Below are positions 40,381-55,699 of a stretch of 64,000 bases of DNA, in pieces; the first letter of the stretch is position 1, and each line of letters starts with the position of its first letter. The translations under genes and the position numbers were made by a program. This DNA comes from Octopus vulgaris (Eukaryota): NCBI GenBank assembly GCA_951406725.2, contig OX597819.1, forward strand, positions 63,860,001 through 63,924,000, in the 5' to 3' direction. The notes under the pieces were generated by a model. The model had not been told where the DNA came from. It did no database searches and saw only the letters and a list, made by a program, of their open reading frames with translations.

Positions 40381-41001
40381 ACATAATACATAGGGTAATA
40401 ATAAATTATTATTACCAGTGGCTTAGCACAAAAAACGAATTAATCATTAGACTAAATATTATTCATATAGGAATATAATAAGAGGCCTCCAAATAGGAAA
40501 GTGATGTGCTAGAAAGAGCAGTAGAAATCTCAAAAATCACAAAAAAAGGATAAATTCTCGGGAGGAATGAAAATTTGAAACGTTTACCATCTCAACTATT
40601 TCCCAGACCATGGTTTCTAACTATTTCCAGCAAAAAAGTATTCGCTGAAAGCCAGTTTTCATCAGTGCGATAGCCTTTAGATTTCAGACATACAGATAGC
40701 CAGATCCACATGTAGAACTAACGGTTTGTATATCCTAACATTTCAAACCACTGCGCAGACGCAGATTATACCCGGCGACAGAGAGGATGCCGGTAAAACT
40801 TTTGAACAAATTTATCAAACATTATTTAAACATAATACACAGGTTAATAATAATTTATTATTACCAGTGGCCTAGCACAAAAATAGTTGAGATGGTAAAC
40901 GTTTTTAATTTTCATTCCTTTCGAGAATTATCCTACTTTTGTGGTTTTTGAAATTTCTACTGCTCTTTCTAGCACAACGCTTTCCTATTTGGAAGCCTCT
41001 T

Positions 41002-41004
<3 letters not shown>
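40381..41004. mobile_element. Penelope-like element with combined direct and inverted terminal repeats
   Basis: Direct repeat 40381-40434/40830-40883 and ~125-bp inverted repeat 40477-40601/40881-41004. Decayed minus-strand CTGATGA..GAAT near 40638-40666. Confidence 0.65.
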
Positions 41005-41078
<74 letters not shown>

Positions 41079-41085
41079 ATGTATT

Positions 41086-41123
<38 letters not shown>

Positions 41124-41137
41124 CATATATATGTATA

Positions 41138-41181
<44 letters not shown>

Positions 41182-41194
41182 TATAAACATATTA

Positions 41195-41335
41195 TTTTAC
41201 TTGTTTAAGCCATTTGATTGCGGCCATGCCGGAGCACCGCTTTTAGTTTTGCAAATCGACCCCAGGACATATTCTTTGTAAGCTGGAACCATGTGGTTGG
41301 TAAGCAAGCAACTTACCACACAGCCACTCCTGCAC
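41195..41335 (-). mobile_element. SINE family B with internal deletion
   Basis: Reverse complement of the 39633-39775 structure. Confidence 0.8.
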
Positions 41336-41377
<42 letters not shown>

Positions 41378-41457
41378 TTACATACATACATACAAACATA
41401 CATGTATATATATATATATATCGTACATCTCATATTCACTCAATACGCACACACACA

Positions 41458-41503
<46 letters not shown>

Positions 41504-41617
41504 CACACACACTCACACACACATATATACGCAGACACAAGCGTAATGTACACCCGCATGTATTCATTTGTATGATAAATTCTTAGTCACACACAACTAT
41601 AACTATACATATATATA

Positions 41618-41658
<41 letters not shown>

Positions 41659-41690
41659 TATATATATATATATGTATATATGCATAAATG

Positions 41691-41804
<114 letters not shown>

Positions 41805-42246
41805 AACATAATACATAGGGTAATAATAAATTATAATGATTTCAACCATCGGAAACACAGTCAATTCAGATATCAGGCTTTTTTACTGATAATCTATAAA
41901 TTATTGCTGTTCATGTATATTTATTGTTGTACATTGTTATATATCGTTATATATGCTCTGTCGATATTGATAGGTTATTGATATATTAACTGAAAATCTT
42001 TTGACCCGAGTTTAGAATTATTGAGTTTTATACTTGTCAGCCATCAATTTATTTTTTTAGTTGACAACGGAATAATTGTAAGTTTTTATGTGTATACACA
42101 CACGTACGCACGCACACACACACATACATATATATATACTTAAATGCATATGCCGGTGTGTATTTTTTATGTACTTACCTAAACAGTGCCCTGTGTACTT
42201 AAGCGCGTATATAAATAATATATATATACGCACACAAATATACGTA

Positions 42247-42341
<95 letters not shown>

Positions 42342-42454
42342 TATATATATATGTATGTATGTGTGTGTGTGTGTGCGCGCGCGTAACTATTTTTTTCTAA
42401 ATATAACATAAAACCTATATTAATATTATACACAATGTGTGTATATATGTATAT

Positions 42455-42755
42455 TGCTGTTGTTTGTTCTTTCTCGAGCCACGCTTGGCTCACAGGGGCG
42501 GTTTCATGGTTTCCTTGGCGTATAGGTTCCCCACCTGGACGGGGGGCCGGTCCGTCGCAGGTGAGTTGCAAGATGCAAGAGGAACGAGTGAGAGAATGTT
42601 GTGGCGAAATAGCAGAATTTCGCCATTACCTTCTGTCGGAGCCGCGTGTAGCTTAGGTGTATCGTTCATAAACACACGCATCATCCATTCTGAGATTCGA
42701 ACCCGCGATCCCTCGACCACGAGTCCTACTGTTCTAACCACTAGGCCATGTGTCT
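42455..42755 (-). mobile_element. SINE family C, tail type 1
   Basis: tRNA-like head (ggcctagtggttagaac..gggttcgaatctc), shared core, and tail cctgcgacggaccggccccccgtccaggtg ending in AAC-like repeats. Confidence 0.8.
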
Positions 42756-43904
42756 TCATATATATGTATGTATATTCATATATACATATATATTAATATA
42801 TACTATATGTATACACATATATATATATGTGCAATTATATATATCTATGTTTAAGTGCTAGTCTGTGTATATGAAAGGATGTGTCAGTCAAAGTAATGTC
42901 AGAAAGGATTTTCTTTTTTATATACATTAATCTGTATACGTACAAAATTCATATTCCATACATACATAATATGTGAACTTTTTACTTATGTACTGAAGAT
43001 CGTTGCCTCAATTTTTGAAATCTTACACCTGAATTCTCGAAGTTTGCATCACAACTGATTCGTTGTATTACGTATTACATATTTTTTCACTTATTATCAA
43101 AACTGTTTATGCAATTCTTTTCTACTCTAGGCATAAGACCCGAAATTTCTGGAGAGGGACTCAGTCGATTAGATCAACCGATCCCCTTGTCGTAACCCAA
43201 CGCCCATCAACACGCACACTCACACGCGCTCAGATGCTTGTCAAAGTCACTTTGCTCCTACACACCTTCTCTCTTCTCTGTTAGGGATATCGTAGAGGGC
43301 ACATGCGCTTAGTTTCACGAAGTAGGAATGAACATAAAAAAATCTACGCCCAAAGTAAGCTTCTTATCCATCCAGTCACATCTGCTCTTATGTGCCAATT
43401 TTACAAAATACTACTTCTTGAATTTCCCTTCAAAATATACTCTAGCCATATATGACTATTATTGAAGATTCTTCTGCCGAAGTTTGACTTACATGCCGAA
43501 CGAGATAATGTCGCAGAACCATTTCCATTCTCCGCTATATTCTATTAATATTATTAATATTATGAGTATTAAAAAAACCGCACATTTTGATTCTTAATTT
43601 CTATTGAAATAATATATACGCTCATAGTTTGACAGGTTAAATATAAATACAACTGAAAGAATAATCTAATTGCCAGAAGCGTAATCTACACGATATATTT
43701 AACTTTCATTTACGATTCGTTTCAAATTTTGCATCCATTTCGAGGTCAATAACATTTGTAGTAGTGAAGCGGGAGCCAAATTTGAATTTATAACTGTATG
43801 ATTAATTCGTCCCCGCAGTAGAGTTGAACAGTTTTTCTTGTACATCAGACATGAGTTTTGTACATCTGATGCGCGTTTAATGCCATTTCAGACGATCTAT
43901 AAAA

Positions 43905-43959
<55 letters not shown>

Positions 43960-44264
43960 TTATTTATTTATGGTGGAAGAATATTGAAACGACCTCGCTT
44001 TAATTGTGAATTGGTCCCAATTTCTTGATTAAACCAAATTTATGTTTTCTTCTTTCGTCAACACAATACACGGGGAAATATAAGTCCAAATAACTGTACA
44101 TACTGCTTTGTACGGGCGTTTTCGCCCTTGCTTCCTGACTAAAATTATATACATATATATACTATTATTAATTTAATGTATAAATTGCCTATAATCTTTT
44201 TAGCATCCTGACTACCTGATAAAAATCATTCACGTGATATTTATCTTTAGATACACATATATGC

Positions 44265-44335
<71 letters not shown>

Positions 44336-44351
44336 TGTGTGTGTATATACG

Positions 44352-44402
<51 letters not shown>

Positions 44403-44944
44403 ATTTATAAATATATATACGTGTATATTTTGAATTACGTAGCCGTGTGACTGCGCCACTCACCTAGTAAAAATATAATCATTGGCGAGAAAACGATTCA
44501 GAGTTGATATTCGAGCTTTCAAAAAGAAATAACTTGAACAGAATTCCTCTAGTGAATATCGAGATCGTAAAAGCAGTAAACCAGTACTTAGCCTACAGGA
44601 AAACTATAAACGCATATTGCGCTGTAAAATAAAATTACTGTTCTGTGGTCAATTTCTTCGCTTATATATCTTTACCAAAAAAACTGATGTTATTTTGTCT
44701 ACGTTTGATTAAATAACAAGCAGTAATACATGAACAACAGAGAAAAAAATTCAGAATATTTCAAAATCTATAGTTTTGTCGATTCTGCTCACAGCAATGA
44801 GCTGTAGAAGTTAAGATGCTCTTACTTTGCATCAATGATTTGCACGGCAGAAGATTGTTTTTATATGAAAATTAACCGGACAGAAGTTTACCAGATAAAC
44901 CAATATTAGATATTGTGTGTGTGAGTATATATATATTGATATAT

Positions 44945-45001
<57 letters not shown>

Positions 45002-45008
45002 CACACAG

Positions 45009-45067
<59 letters not shown>

Positions 45068-46519
45068 TACATATATGTGTGTTTGTCTTGATGGCAGTAT
45101 GATGTTATTGGCGTTAGTAGTCGTTATAGCGGTAAGATATTGACAGTTAGCGAATAGAAAACTGCATATCAATGTACAGTTTAGGATTTATCGTTACTAA
45201 TACAAAGTAACTTATATTGGTTTCCTGATTCTAATGGACAATGTTGAACTAAGCTGCATAAGAGATTTACACATACATACAGTAAGTTTAAATCAGCGTA
45301 CAGCTGCATATTGTTGAGTTCTATCTTAACTGTTGCCGAAACCTAGTTTACGCCCAATACATTATTTTCATGCTCGCTCCTTGGCTGCACTTGAAATCAG
45401 TACAAACATAAGGTTTCACTTTATAACAGAATGGTTCACAATGATTAGATCGACATGCTACAACAGCCTGCGTTCAATTTGCCGTTTGATAAATTTTTGT
45501 TCGGTCTTTCTTAAAATATTAAATGCCTCGTGTGTCGGAACAGGTAACATATCAACTAGAAATTAGAGTAGACATCAGAATATATACTGCAGCTAGCTGA
45601 TACAAAGCGTCATTCGTAGAGTATTTTACTCAGAATGATTTACTCACACCCATATTTAACGAGAAGGAGAAGGATATGAAGTGCACTCAATGACGCGTGA
45701 GATATGCGTTGAAAAACACGTTATATGTAGCACTTTGCTCTATCCCGTATCAAATTAACAATTTTAAGTGACTTGCACGCCAATAGAGTCGGGATCCGTA
45801 TGCTGAAGAAAATTTTCACTTACATAGAAGAATCTTGTGCGCCTACTAAAACTAATGGCTTTCTTTGATATGTGTGCTATTTTTCCCCGATGTTCTTCTT
45901 CTTGCTATGAAACAAAATAGTAATAAATGTTTAAGGTATTGACCAAACCGTTGCATTATCAAGTGAGATACTCCAAAACTTACGATTAAATCCACACAGA
46001 AAGCGCATTTTCTTTTCAGGTTTCTACAGCTCAGGAAGAATCTGATTAAGATATAAGTAAAATAAACGATTTTCGAAAGCGAATTGAAGGAATTAAAAGA
46101 AAAGAAAAGAGATATAGAGAAGCAAATGATGTCTTTGTAATGAGACTAAAAAAACATCATTGTTAAGAAGACTTAGTAATAATAACAAAGAACATATTTT
46201 CTTGATGTGTGAAAAGTGTCTAGAATGAAAGAAGCTTAGCGACATAAACCTAAATATTATTCTATGCAGAAGTATATGGCGCTGGATGAAACCTCTCAGT
46301 AAAATACTGCTGAGCATTGAAAATGATATTACACTCACGCACACACCCACAACCACGCACACATACACACATATGCACACACACAAACACATACAAAAGG
46401 CAGGCACGCACGCACACAAAACTATTTGTAGAATAAGTTAAACAACAGTAATACAGTTATTGAATAATTTTAACAGCTGTAATTTTTGTTTGGTCAGAGT
46501 TCCGTCCAGATTGTAAAAG

Positions 46520-46770
46520 GTCTATTATGGAGTTATTTAGAAAAAGTTGGTCACTTGGAGGGCCACCATGAACTGAAAGCATCTAAATTAGTCCTATGGA
46601 ACCCACATTATGGTGATGTAAGAAGAAGAAAACGTCATCACACTTCCATAAATATCTTGATTCCAGACACTGGCCTGGAATTATCCAAGACCTCAGATCA
46701 GTGATGGTGGACCGAGAAGTGTGGCCGGTGGATTTTGTGGCTACTGGGTATATTCGGAACCCGGCCTTAA
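46520..46770 (+). mobile_element. RTE-like LINE 3' end remnant
   Basis: Peptide HHELKASKLVLWNPHYGDVRRRKRHHTSINILIPDTGLE and DLRSVMVDREVW resemble the RTE C-terminal pattern LW.P.HG..RGRP..DTG..M.DR..W. Confidence 0.65.
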
Positions 46771-47730
46771 TAATTAGTAAACAAGACTACTGTTCTTTTA
46801 TTTATGCGTTTTAGACCAGATTCTCTGGCCATGGTTTAGTACCGCCAATATCAGTACCTTTACAGCGGCCATTATAAAGCGGTGGGCTTTTGGTAATGGA
46901 GGAAGTTTGTTATTGCTAGCTTCTTTTGAGATTCTTGCTGTGATGTAGGTTCATCTGGGATATTTGGCAGAAAATGTTGGAGATACTTCTTGAAATCACT
47001 CACCAATCCCTACTCAGGTCTTTGGCTGGATATTGCAGTACCCGTTTCTTAACCTAGAATACACATACTGACCGGGAGCTGGTATACCGATGCCTGGTCC
47101 AACCCCATCAAGTTTCCTCCAAATATTTGTCTTATTTTCTGGTCCGTGATTACTATACCTCCAAAGAATAAATTTCGTACAAGCCATATAGGCTGTTATG
47201 ACATATGAACGTGAAAATAAGTGTCTAAAACCAATTGCATAAATTTGAATGCACCATTAAACATACTAGAGAAACAATCACATTCAACATTTGCTCAGAT
47301 ACCGTTGAAAGTAGAGTAATATATAAGTAAGGTTTCGGAAAAAAAGAAAATACCCAAGCATAACGCAGATCTAAATCACCACAGTGAAGAGACAGAATAT
47401 TAATGTAATAGCTGTAAGTACTGAACGATACATTTCTTTAATAAACATATCAGATACTGCATATTACTATTGAGATTTCTTTAACGTAATATAGTTATAT
47501 GCAGAAACAAACGCTCTAACGCTCACGTACACGCATGAATATATACATATATATGTGTGTGTGTATGTATGTGTACGTGTGTGGCTGTCCATTTACATAT
47601 TATTTTATACATATGCGAATAATAATAAATAGAGAAATGCACAAACACACATACATCAGTAACTAACTGATATTCTCAATCTGATCATTTATATAGGTTG
47701 ATATGTATACAGCAGTATATCTACGTCTCT

Positions 47731-47826
<96 letters not shown>

Positions 47827-48310
47827 ACATATACAAACATACACATATATTTATACATATATATGTACTTACTCGTAGATATATATGTATGTTTATATAA
47901 AAACATGTATGTATAAGCACAGCCGCGCGCGCACACAAACATGAAATGCATATCGATGCAAATATATAGTCACATGACTTAATATATCTGCGCTCGTGTG
48001 CAGGCGTGTGTATATGTGTATGTGTGTGTGCATGTGTGTTACGTGTATATTATGAATATGGAAAATTACATCGAGAACAGATTTAAAAACACGCTCGTAC
48101 AACCAGAGATGCGTATAGATATACCTGGATATAAAAACACACATAGGATATATGGAAGTTGTGATAACACATTCTTTATCATGATAGAAATAGCACTTAG
48201 AGAATGTTATATAATTTAATTAAATATCAACGTGTTTTGGAAAGAAACATTTAAAATATGAATGGTGCGTATAAGCGTATGCGTCTGTGCATGTTTCGGC
48301 AATGCGTTTT

Positions 48311-48401
<91 letters not shown>

Positions 48402-48612
48402 GTACATATATACATATAAATAACTGTATATATATGTGTGTAGATATATGTGTATATTATATACTTTTATATACATACATATATATATAGATATGTACAT
48501 GGATATATATATATATATTTATTTATTTATTTACATATATATATATATATATATATATATACAAACATATATATATATATATACATAAATATATAAATAA
48601 ATATATATATAC

Positions 48613-48670
<58 letters not shown>

Positions 48671-49057
48671 ATTTATTTATATACGTATATATATACATAT
48701 ATATGCGTGTATATATGTATAAAATTTGGCAGAATCTTAATAAACAAATGCGTCCAGGCACTACTGCTTCTTGAGTGCTCCAGAAAAATTTAGGTTCATG
48801 CAGCTATGTTTTTTCCTTATATTACTTGAAACTTCAAATGTCAATAACAATAGAAATTCCAAACTTTATGTGCACAAACACGTCTGTACAGATACACATA
48901 TTTACAGTGCAATACAGAGGCGTATATAACAACTTTCAAATGCACAAGTGTAAAGAAGTACACAAATTCACAGCTACAACTTGTTTCACTTGAATTCCTG
49001 TCTATCAGACATCTTTTGCATTGGTAGATATAATATATGGACACACAAATTCATTGC

Positions 49058-49150
<93 letters not shown>

Positions 49151-49195
49151 AATATATATATATAAATAAATATATTTATATATATATATATATAT

Positions 49196-49230
<35 letters not shown>

Positions 49231-49704
49231 ATATATATATATATATATATATACCGAGAGAGAGAGAGAGAGAAAGGCAGACAGACAGAGACAGAGAAAG
49301 AGAGAGAGAGATGCATATATATACATACGCTTGTGTTCACTCTTTCACATGTGCAGGCATAATACCATTCTATTACGTATACCGCTTAATTATGTTCTCT
49401 TCTTCTATTGAGTACATTCGGTAACAAGTAATCTTACACATACCTCATTCCAAAGCGTTTATGTTTGTGTGCGTGTATGTATATACATACACATGCAAAC
49501 ATATATCTAAGTATACATACATATGATGCGTACTTACTTGCATCTATGTGTGTATGTATATGTACATAGATGTATATGTGCATATATAGATGTATATATA
49601 TATGTAGATATATATAAATGTATGAATGTATACACATACACATAAATATATGTGCATACACACAAATATATGTATGCATGCTTGCATGTATGAAGGTTGA
49701 TAAT

Positions 49705-49866
49705 ATCGGTTTCATATTTGGGTACAAGGCTCTCAACCGGTACTTATTTTATCGACTCTGAAAGCATAAAAGGTAAAGTCGACCTCGGCAGAATTTCATC
49801 TCGGGCCGTAAAGACGGACGAAATGCCGCTATAGATTTTGGCGTGCAAACAATTCTTCCAGCTCGA
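49705..49866 (-). mobile_element. SINE family A, diverged
   Basis: ggtacttattttatcgactctg..aaagtcgacctcggcagaattt. Confidence 0.75.
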
Positions 49867-50204
49867 TTATGTATATGTTTACATACATACGCGCAGCCTC
49901 ACAGATATGCACACGTGATATATTTTCTTGAAGATAACATGATGTTAGTGGCTGTTGACGTGCAAATCGATCGTCGGAACCGGGTGGCTCCTGCTCCCGC
50001 TTTTCCTCAAACTAGAACTAAATTTTGATATTTTGATATTTTGATTTCAAGTCTATCAATTCGACTTCTTTACTCCACATTACTACTTCTGTTTTCTTGA
50101 ACAAGTTATCCAAAAGGAATTTTCAATATTTTACGTATAAACTGTTAAACGCAGTAAAATTTTCACCAATCATCAGAATTAAGTAATTAGTTATCGCGAA
50201 TATT

Positions 50205-50385
50205 ACTGTCTAAAGTTCTGGTACTAAAGTTCGGGTTTACTGTCTAGCCTTCATCAGGTGTCCTGGTAGAATGTTGTGCCTAAACCTGGTTGTGGTATCA
50301 ACAAAAAAGATAAGGACACGTATACGCCCAATGTAAATAGTGTCGATAATGAACAGAAATCCTCATCTCAAAAATATCGACACAT
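50205..50385. mobile_element. Penelope-like fragment with broken hammerhead half; partial copy at 51065-51135
   Basis: cttcatcaggtgtcct...gtgcctaa.c.tggtt.tggta occurs twice. Minus strand has CTGATGA but no intact GAAA. Confidence 0.45.
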
Positions 50386-50733
50386 TGTAATTTTATACGA
50401 TTTTCTTTAATTTGTTTTAATATATACTTGGGAATATGTATATTTTCGCATACACATTGTTTCATATATACGTATATTTGATATATATTTCACCTGTTGC
50501 TTGACTTATACGTGATAGATGATGTGTGATAGATGCTTCATATTTTTAAACTATATCTTCTTTTCTAACAGCAATCCTAATTTGTTGTTTTAAATAAATA
50601 CGAAAATATATAATATGCAGTTAAGTAACACTTGTCACATCTTGTACAAAGATTTATTTAGAATTTCATGTTATTCTGATAATTCTTCGCCTGGGTGCAT
50701 CTTAGAATTTTGTTCAATATTTTATAAAATACA

Positions 50734-50918
50734 TTAGCATGCCGGGCAAGATGCTTAGCGTGCTTTCGTCTCTCTTTACGTTCTGAGTTCAAATTCCACT
50801 GGGGTTGACTTTGCCTTTCCTCATTTCGGGATCGATAAAATAAGTATCAGTTGGGGTCGATTTAATGGACTAGTCCCCTTCTCCCAAAATTCCGTAACTT
50901 GTGCCTAGAGTAGATAAG
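50734..50918 (+). mobile_element. 5'-truncated SINE family A with 18-bp target-site duplication
   Basis: AATATTTTATAAAATACA at 50716-50733 and 50919-50936. Confidence 0.85.
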
Positions 50919-50934
50919 AATATTTTATAAAATA

Positions 50935-51634
50935 CAGTAATCCCTCGACTATCGTGAGTTTTACATTCCACAACCTCGCATATTAATAATTAAAATCTAA
51001 AAAAAAATATGAATACTTATTGGCCAGAGAAACTCGTGACATACTGAGGACTCTGCGATATAAATTTTACTCTCCCGTCTTCATCAGGTGTCCTAATATA
51101 ATTTCGTGCCTAACCTTGGTTATGGTAAAAACAAAAAAAATGAGGCGTTGGAGTGGCTGTGTGGTAAGTAGCTTGCTTACTAACTACAGAGTTCTGGGTT
51201 CAGTTCTACTGTGAGGCACCTTTGTCAAGTTTCTCCTACTATAGCCTAGGGCCGACCAAAGCCTTGTGAGTGGATTCGGTAGATGGAAACTGAAAGAAGC
51301 CCGTCGTATGTATATGTATATATATATATATATATGTGTGTGTGCGTGTGCGTGTGTGTTTGTGTGTGTGTGTTTGTAGCCCAACATCGGTTGACAACCG
51401 GTGCTGGTGTGTTTACGTCCCCGTAACTTAGCGGTTCGGCAATGAGACCGATATAGTAAGTACTAGGCTTACAAAGAAAAAGTCCTGGGATCGATTTGCT
51501 CGACTAAAGGCGATGTTTCAGCATAACCGCATTCAAATGACTGAAACAAGTAAACGAGTATATATATTAGTCACATAAATCCGCGATGCACTGAGTGCAT
51601 GATAGGTGAACCGCGGTATGGCTAATGATTACTG
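50935..51634. mobile_element. Tigger/pogo-like MITE with nested insertions
   Basis: TA-flanked TIRs CAGTAATCCCTCGACTATCG and CCGCGGTATGGCTAATGATTACTG. Confidence 0.65.
51144..51559 (+). mobile_element. SINE family B, full-length reference copy (tRNA-derived head, internal TA/TG microsatellite, tail)
   Basis: TGGCTGTGTGG A-box-like and GGGTTCAGTTC B-box-like motifs. More than ten partial homologues in the window. Confidence 0.92.
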
Positions 51635-52241
51635 TATGCCGATACATTAGGGTGTATGTGAAATATTATTACAGCCTCAATTACAAACACAAAACCCACA
51701 TATATGCCTATAATTTGGTGTAACGTTAATGCGTTTTGACGTTGAATTATTAAGCCAAATACTGATAAACTACTAAAGAAAGGTAATCGCTGAGATGAAG
51801 TCCATTACAATTTGTATTCTTGGGATGATAAGCATGAACAGTAAGACTACCGTAATGTAAAGAAAAGTAAGCATTTTTATAAACATTTGCATAGAGAATG
51901 AAGCGGAATTTACGAAAATATAAGTTTGCAATGTGGCCAGGCCGTACCGTCAAAATGGAAACTTGCCATTGCGAGGCGAACATATATCTACACATTAATC
52001 CTTAACTTAAGACAGAGGCATACAGACAGAGGCACACGCATGCTCACATACATAAAAGCACACATACGCACACACACAAATAGACTCACATACTCACATA
52101 CTCGCAGGAACAGTGTTCTCTTCCATTCTTGGGCGTTTATCTGTTCCTTTGTTTCGTAGATAGTTTTCAAATTTAATTTAATTTCTCTTCTAAAATTCTG
52201 AAAATAATTCACACACCTTCATTTACACGCACTTATATCTT

Positions 52242-52273
<32 letters not shown>

Positions 52274-52429
52274 TGTATGTATGTATGTATGTATGTATGT
52301 ATGTATGTATGCATCTATGTTTTTTTGTGTGCATGAGTGTGTGTGAGTGTGAGATAGTGCGTGTTTTGTATGTATGTATACATACATATATGAGTTTACG
52401 AATAGGGTAGTATTTTCGTGTGTGTATAT

Positions 52430-52475
<46 letters not shown>

Positions 52476-52826
52476 TTATATATGTATATATATTCATGGC
52501 CCTGATTTATTATTTTCTATGTTTGCTGCCTAAATATATATTTACTCTATGCATGCGTTTGTGCGTACATACACAATTTTCATTAAATTATGCTATCTTA
52601 CGGGTGTTTTTACAAATGTCTTTGACGAAATAAAATGATATTTAATTTGAGTCTATACATATTAAAATATAAATAAAAGGAATATTTCTAAAATAACAAA
52701 TAAAGAAAAAATCCACGAGAATTAAATTAAAAACCACTTTCCCAAATTCCCTTCACACTCGTCTACAGAACATGTTATGCCCATAGGTGAATTTGTGTGC
52801 GCAAGTGCAAATCTATGTGTGTAGGT

Positions 52827-52867
<41 letters not shown>

Positions 52868-52892
52868 TAGAGAGAGATATACATGTACGATT

Positions 52893-52924
<32 letters not shown>

Positions 52925-53479
52925 ATACACACACACATATATGCATGTTTATATCTATGAATGTACGTTGGCATACAACCGTGTGCAAATAAATTTGTAT
53001 GTACATTTTGTTGTGTTAGTATGTGTATTTGAATATGAGAACGTGTATGATTGGGGCATTAACTGAACTAAATAATACATACAACAAGCAATAGTGTAAA
53101 CACTGTGTATAACAACTGATAATTCAGCCTTTCATTGGTGAGACGACGTCATTCACGTTGATTTTAAAGCGATGAGAAGGTTGCCAGTTATATTACCGGT
53201 CTAGCTGTCGCACGTTACTTCATAACTGTGTATGTATGTATGTATGTATGTATGTATGTATGTATGTATGTATGTATGTATGTATGTATGTATGTATGCA
53301 TGTATGCGTGTGTATGTGAATGTGCATGTAGGCATGTATGTATGCGTTTATTTATTTATGTATGTATAAGAAAATGAGAGAGCCTTCGGTGTAAGATATT
53401 TGCTTAAAAGGAAATGAAAATATTTCGAAGGTAAAATTTTATTAAAAATTCAAAAATATATTAAATAGATAATGGCTTA

Positions 53480-54225
53480 GAGATAAAATTTATTTAAAGT
53501 AGTTACTCTCAGTTTTCATCACGGCATCAAGGCGGTTCATGGATCCCGCGCTTGCGTTTCCTAGTTGCTCATGGAAGATTTTTGAATACTTTCTTTGACT
53601 TGGCCAGCAGCTCAGTCTTTGTGTAGTACTTAGGACGGATGCATTCTTTCTCAAGCGCGCTGTAGATACGGTAATGAATTGGATTACAGTCGGGGGAATT
53701 AGCAGGCCAGAAATTAAGTCTGTGTGGATTTGCTGCATTTCTACATCTCCTGTCGGCTCCTACCATACACATGCCCTTAAAACAAACTTTAACACCCGTT
53801 ACAGTTTCAAGCAGCTAAATATAGCCGTCTGAACTGAATTTATGTCACTGTTACTGCAGTTGTAGGATGAATTCCAGGATGCAGACGTCGGGAATACGCC
53901 TGTTTTATCATTACCTGTTGGTCGTGGTTCGGTAATCTTAATTGCAGCTGTCCATGTTGCATCTTATAGGATTGTACAGTGTTCGGAGAGCATTAAGCAA
54001 CATTCATGACGTCGGCATTTTCATACCCGGAGTGAATCATTATGATATAGTTAAATCTTATATAATATAGCTATTGCTTGCAGTCTCCGTGTCAGCTACC
54101 CTTTTCTCAACTAGACCATTAATCCTTATGACCTTTAACGCTGTTATCAGTTCTGCAAATCATGAAGCTGTTTTATTTAAAAAATGGCGGCAAAAGCATT
54201 CATAAAATATGGGTCTAATACAGTG
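53480..54225 (-). mobile_element. Decayed Tc1/mariner (maT-like) transposase remnant
   Basis: ORF 53569-53772 contains NFWPANSPDCNPIHYRIYSALE. Boundaries uncertain. Confidence 0.65.
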
Positions 54226-54256
54226 TGTGTGTACATATACATACATACATATATGT

Positions 54257-54322
<66 letters not shown>

Positions 54323-54406
54323 GAACATTTCTATTTGTAAACCTCTCAACGAGAGACATTCAGTAACAGTAGTCAAAAGTAAAGATTATTTGCCAACAGA
54401 ACACGT

Positions 54407-54563
54407 GGCAGTCTTGGTGTAGGACGATAGTTACTGTTATTTAGCCCCAAGAAACATCGTCTCCAGCTGGCTATAAGGAACACTATCTGTATCGTATATT
54501 CAACTCGAGACGATGTTTCCTGTGGCTAAATAACAGTAACATTCGTCCTAAATCAGTACTGTC
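54407..54563. repeat. Imperfect ~60-bp-arm inverted repeat (MITE-like foldback)
   Basis: taggacgatagttactgttatttagcc..gaaacatcgtctc pairs with gagacgatgtttc..ggctaaataacagtaacattcgtccta. Confidence 0.85.
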
Positions 54564-54591
54564 TTGTTATAGTGGCAAATAATCTTTACTC

Positions 54592-54646
<55 letters not shown>

Positions 54647-55699
54647 TTGTGTGTGAGTGTGTGTGTGTGTGTGTGTGTTGTATATACTGCATTATACGAT
54701 TCTAGGTTTTCCATTTTGCAGATGTTCTTCCTAGAGGTACGACAAATTTTTTTCATGTTTGTAGCACACACGCGTCTTTGCTAGTATATACGCAGTGAAG
54801 CTATACAATAGCGTCGTATTTATTACGATTGCTATTTTCCAGTAAATATCGGTGCCTCGTTGTACCATATATTTACTATGGATGACTGAATTACAACAGG
54901 TGTATAACCCATTGTTTGTATTGTAGCGCATTGTTGTACCATTGCAAACTTTTTATTATTTATAAAATATAATAAATATATTAATATATTCTTGCTAAAT
55001 CGTTTTATTCATAATCCTTATACTTGATTTCTGTACTATCTTTTTCATTCTTGCCACTATCTCTTTCTCTCTGTCTCTGTCTTTCTCTGTCTCTCTCTCT
55101 CTCTGTGTCTGTCTCTCTCTCTCTCTCTCTGAGACTTCCTTTATCTCACTCCCCTGCTCTTTTGCAAATAAACATTGCTCCCACCGACTAGGCTTCACAT
55201 ATTTGAGATGTCCCCTTGACAGCACATCACCATTCTCTATCTCCTTGGAGATATTTCTGATGCGTTCCTAGTATCCTTCCTAAATAGTTATGTAGCTCCT
55301 CTCCGATTAGAACCCGATCTACTCCATCTCTTCAACTCATCTTGCACACAAAAGCAGCATCCTCTTTCCCTCGCTTTGTTGAATTGAGAAATAAATGTTG
55401 AAGACTCTGGTGCCGTTGGTACGAAAATAGCTTCCTGCTCACGTAATGAAGTGGTTGCCGTTAGGAAGAACAAACTGCCAATTCTGTAATGTGCATTTCT
55501 TAACCCAATAGTCTACTCATGCAGGCATCGAGAATTTTTCTTAAATGATGATGATGATGATGATAAACTTGATGGTAAGGATTATTAGGAAATAAGTACA
55601 CAACTTTACATATATAAACAATTTTACACATATATAATCACTTTGATAAACTACACACACGCACATATATGTATACATATATACATACATACATACATA

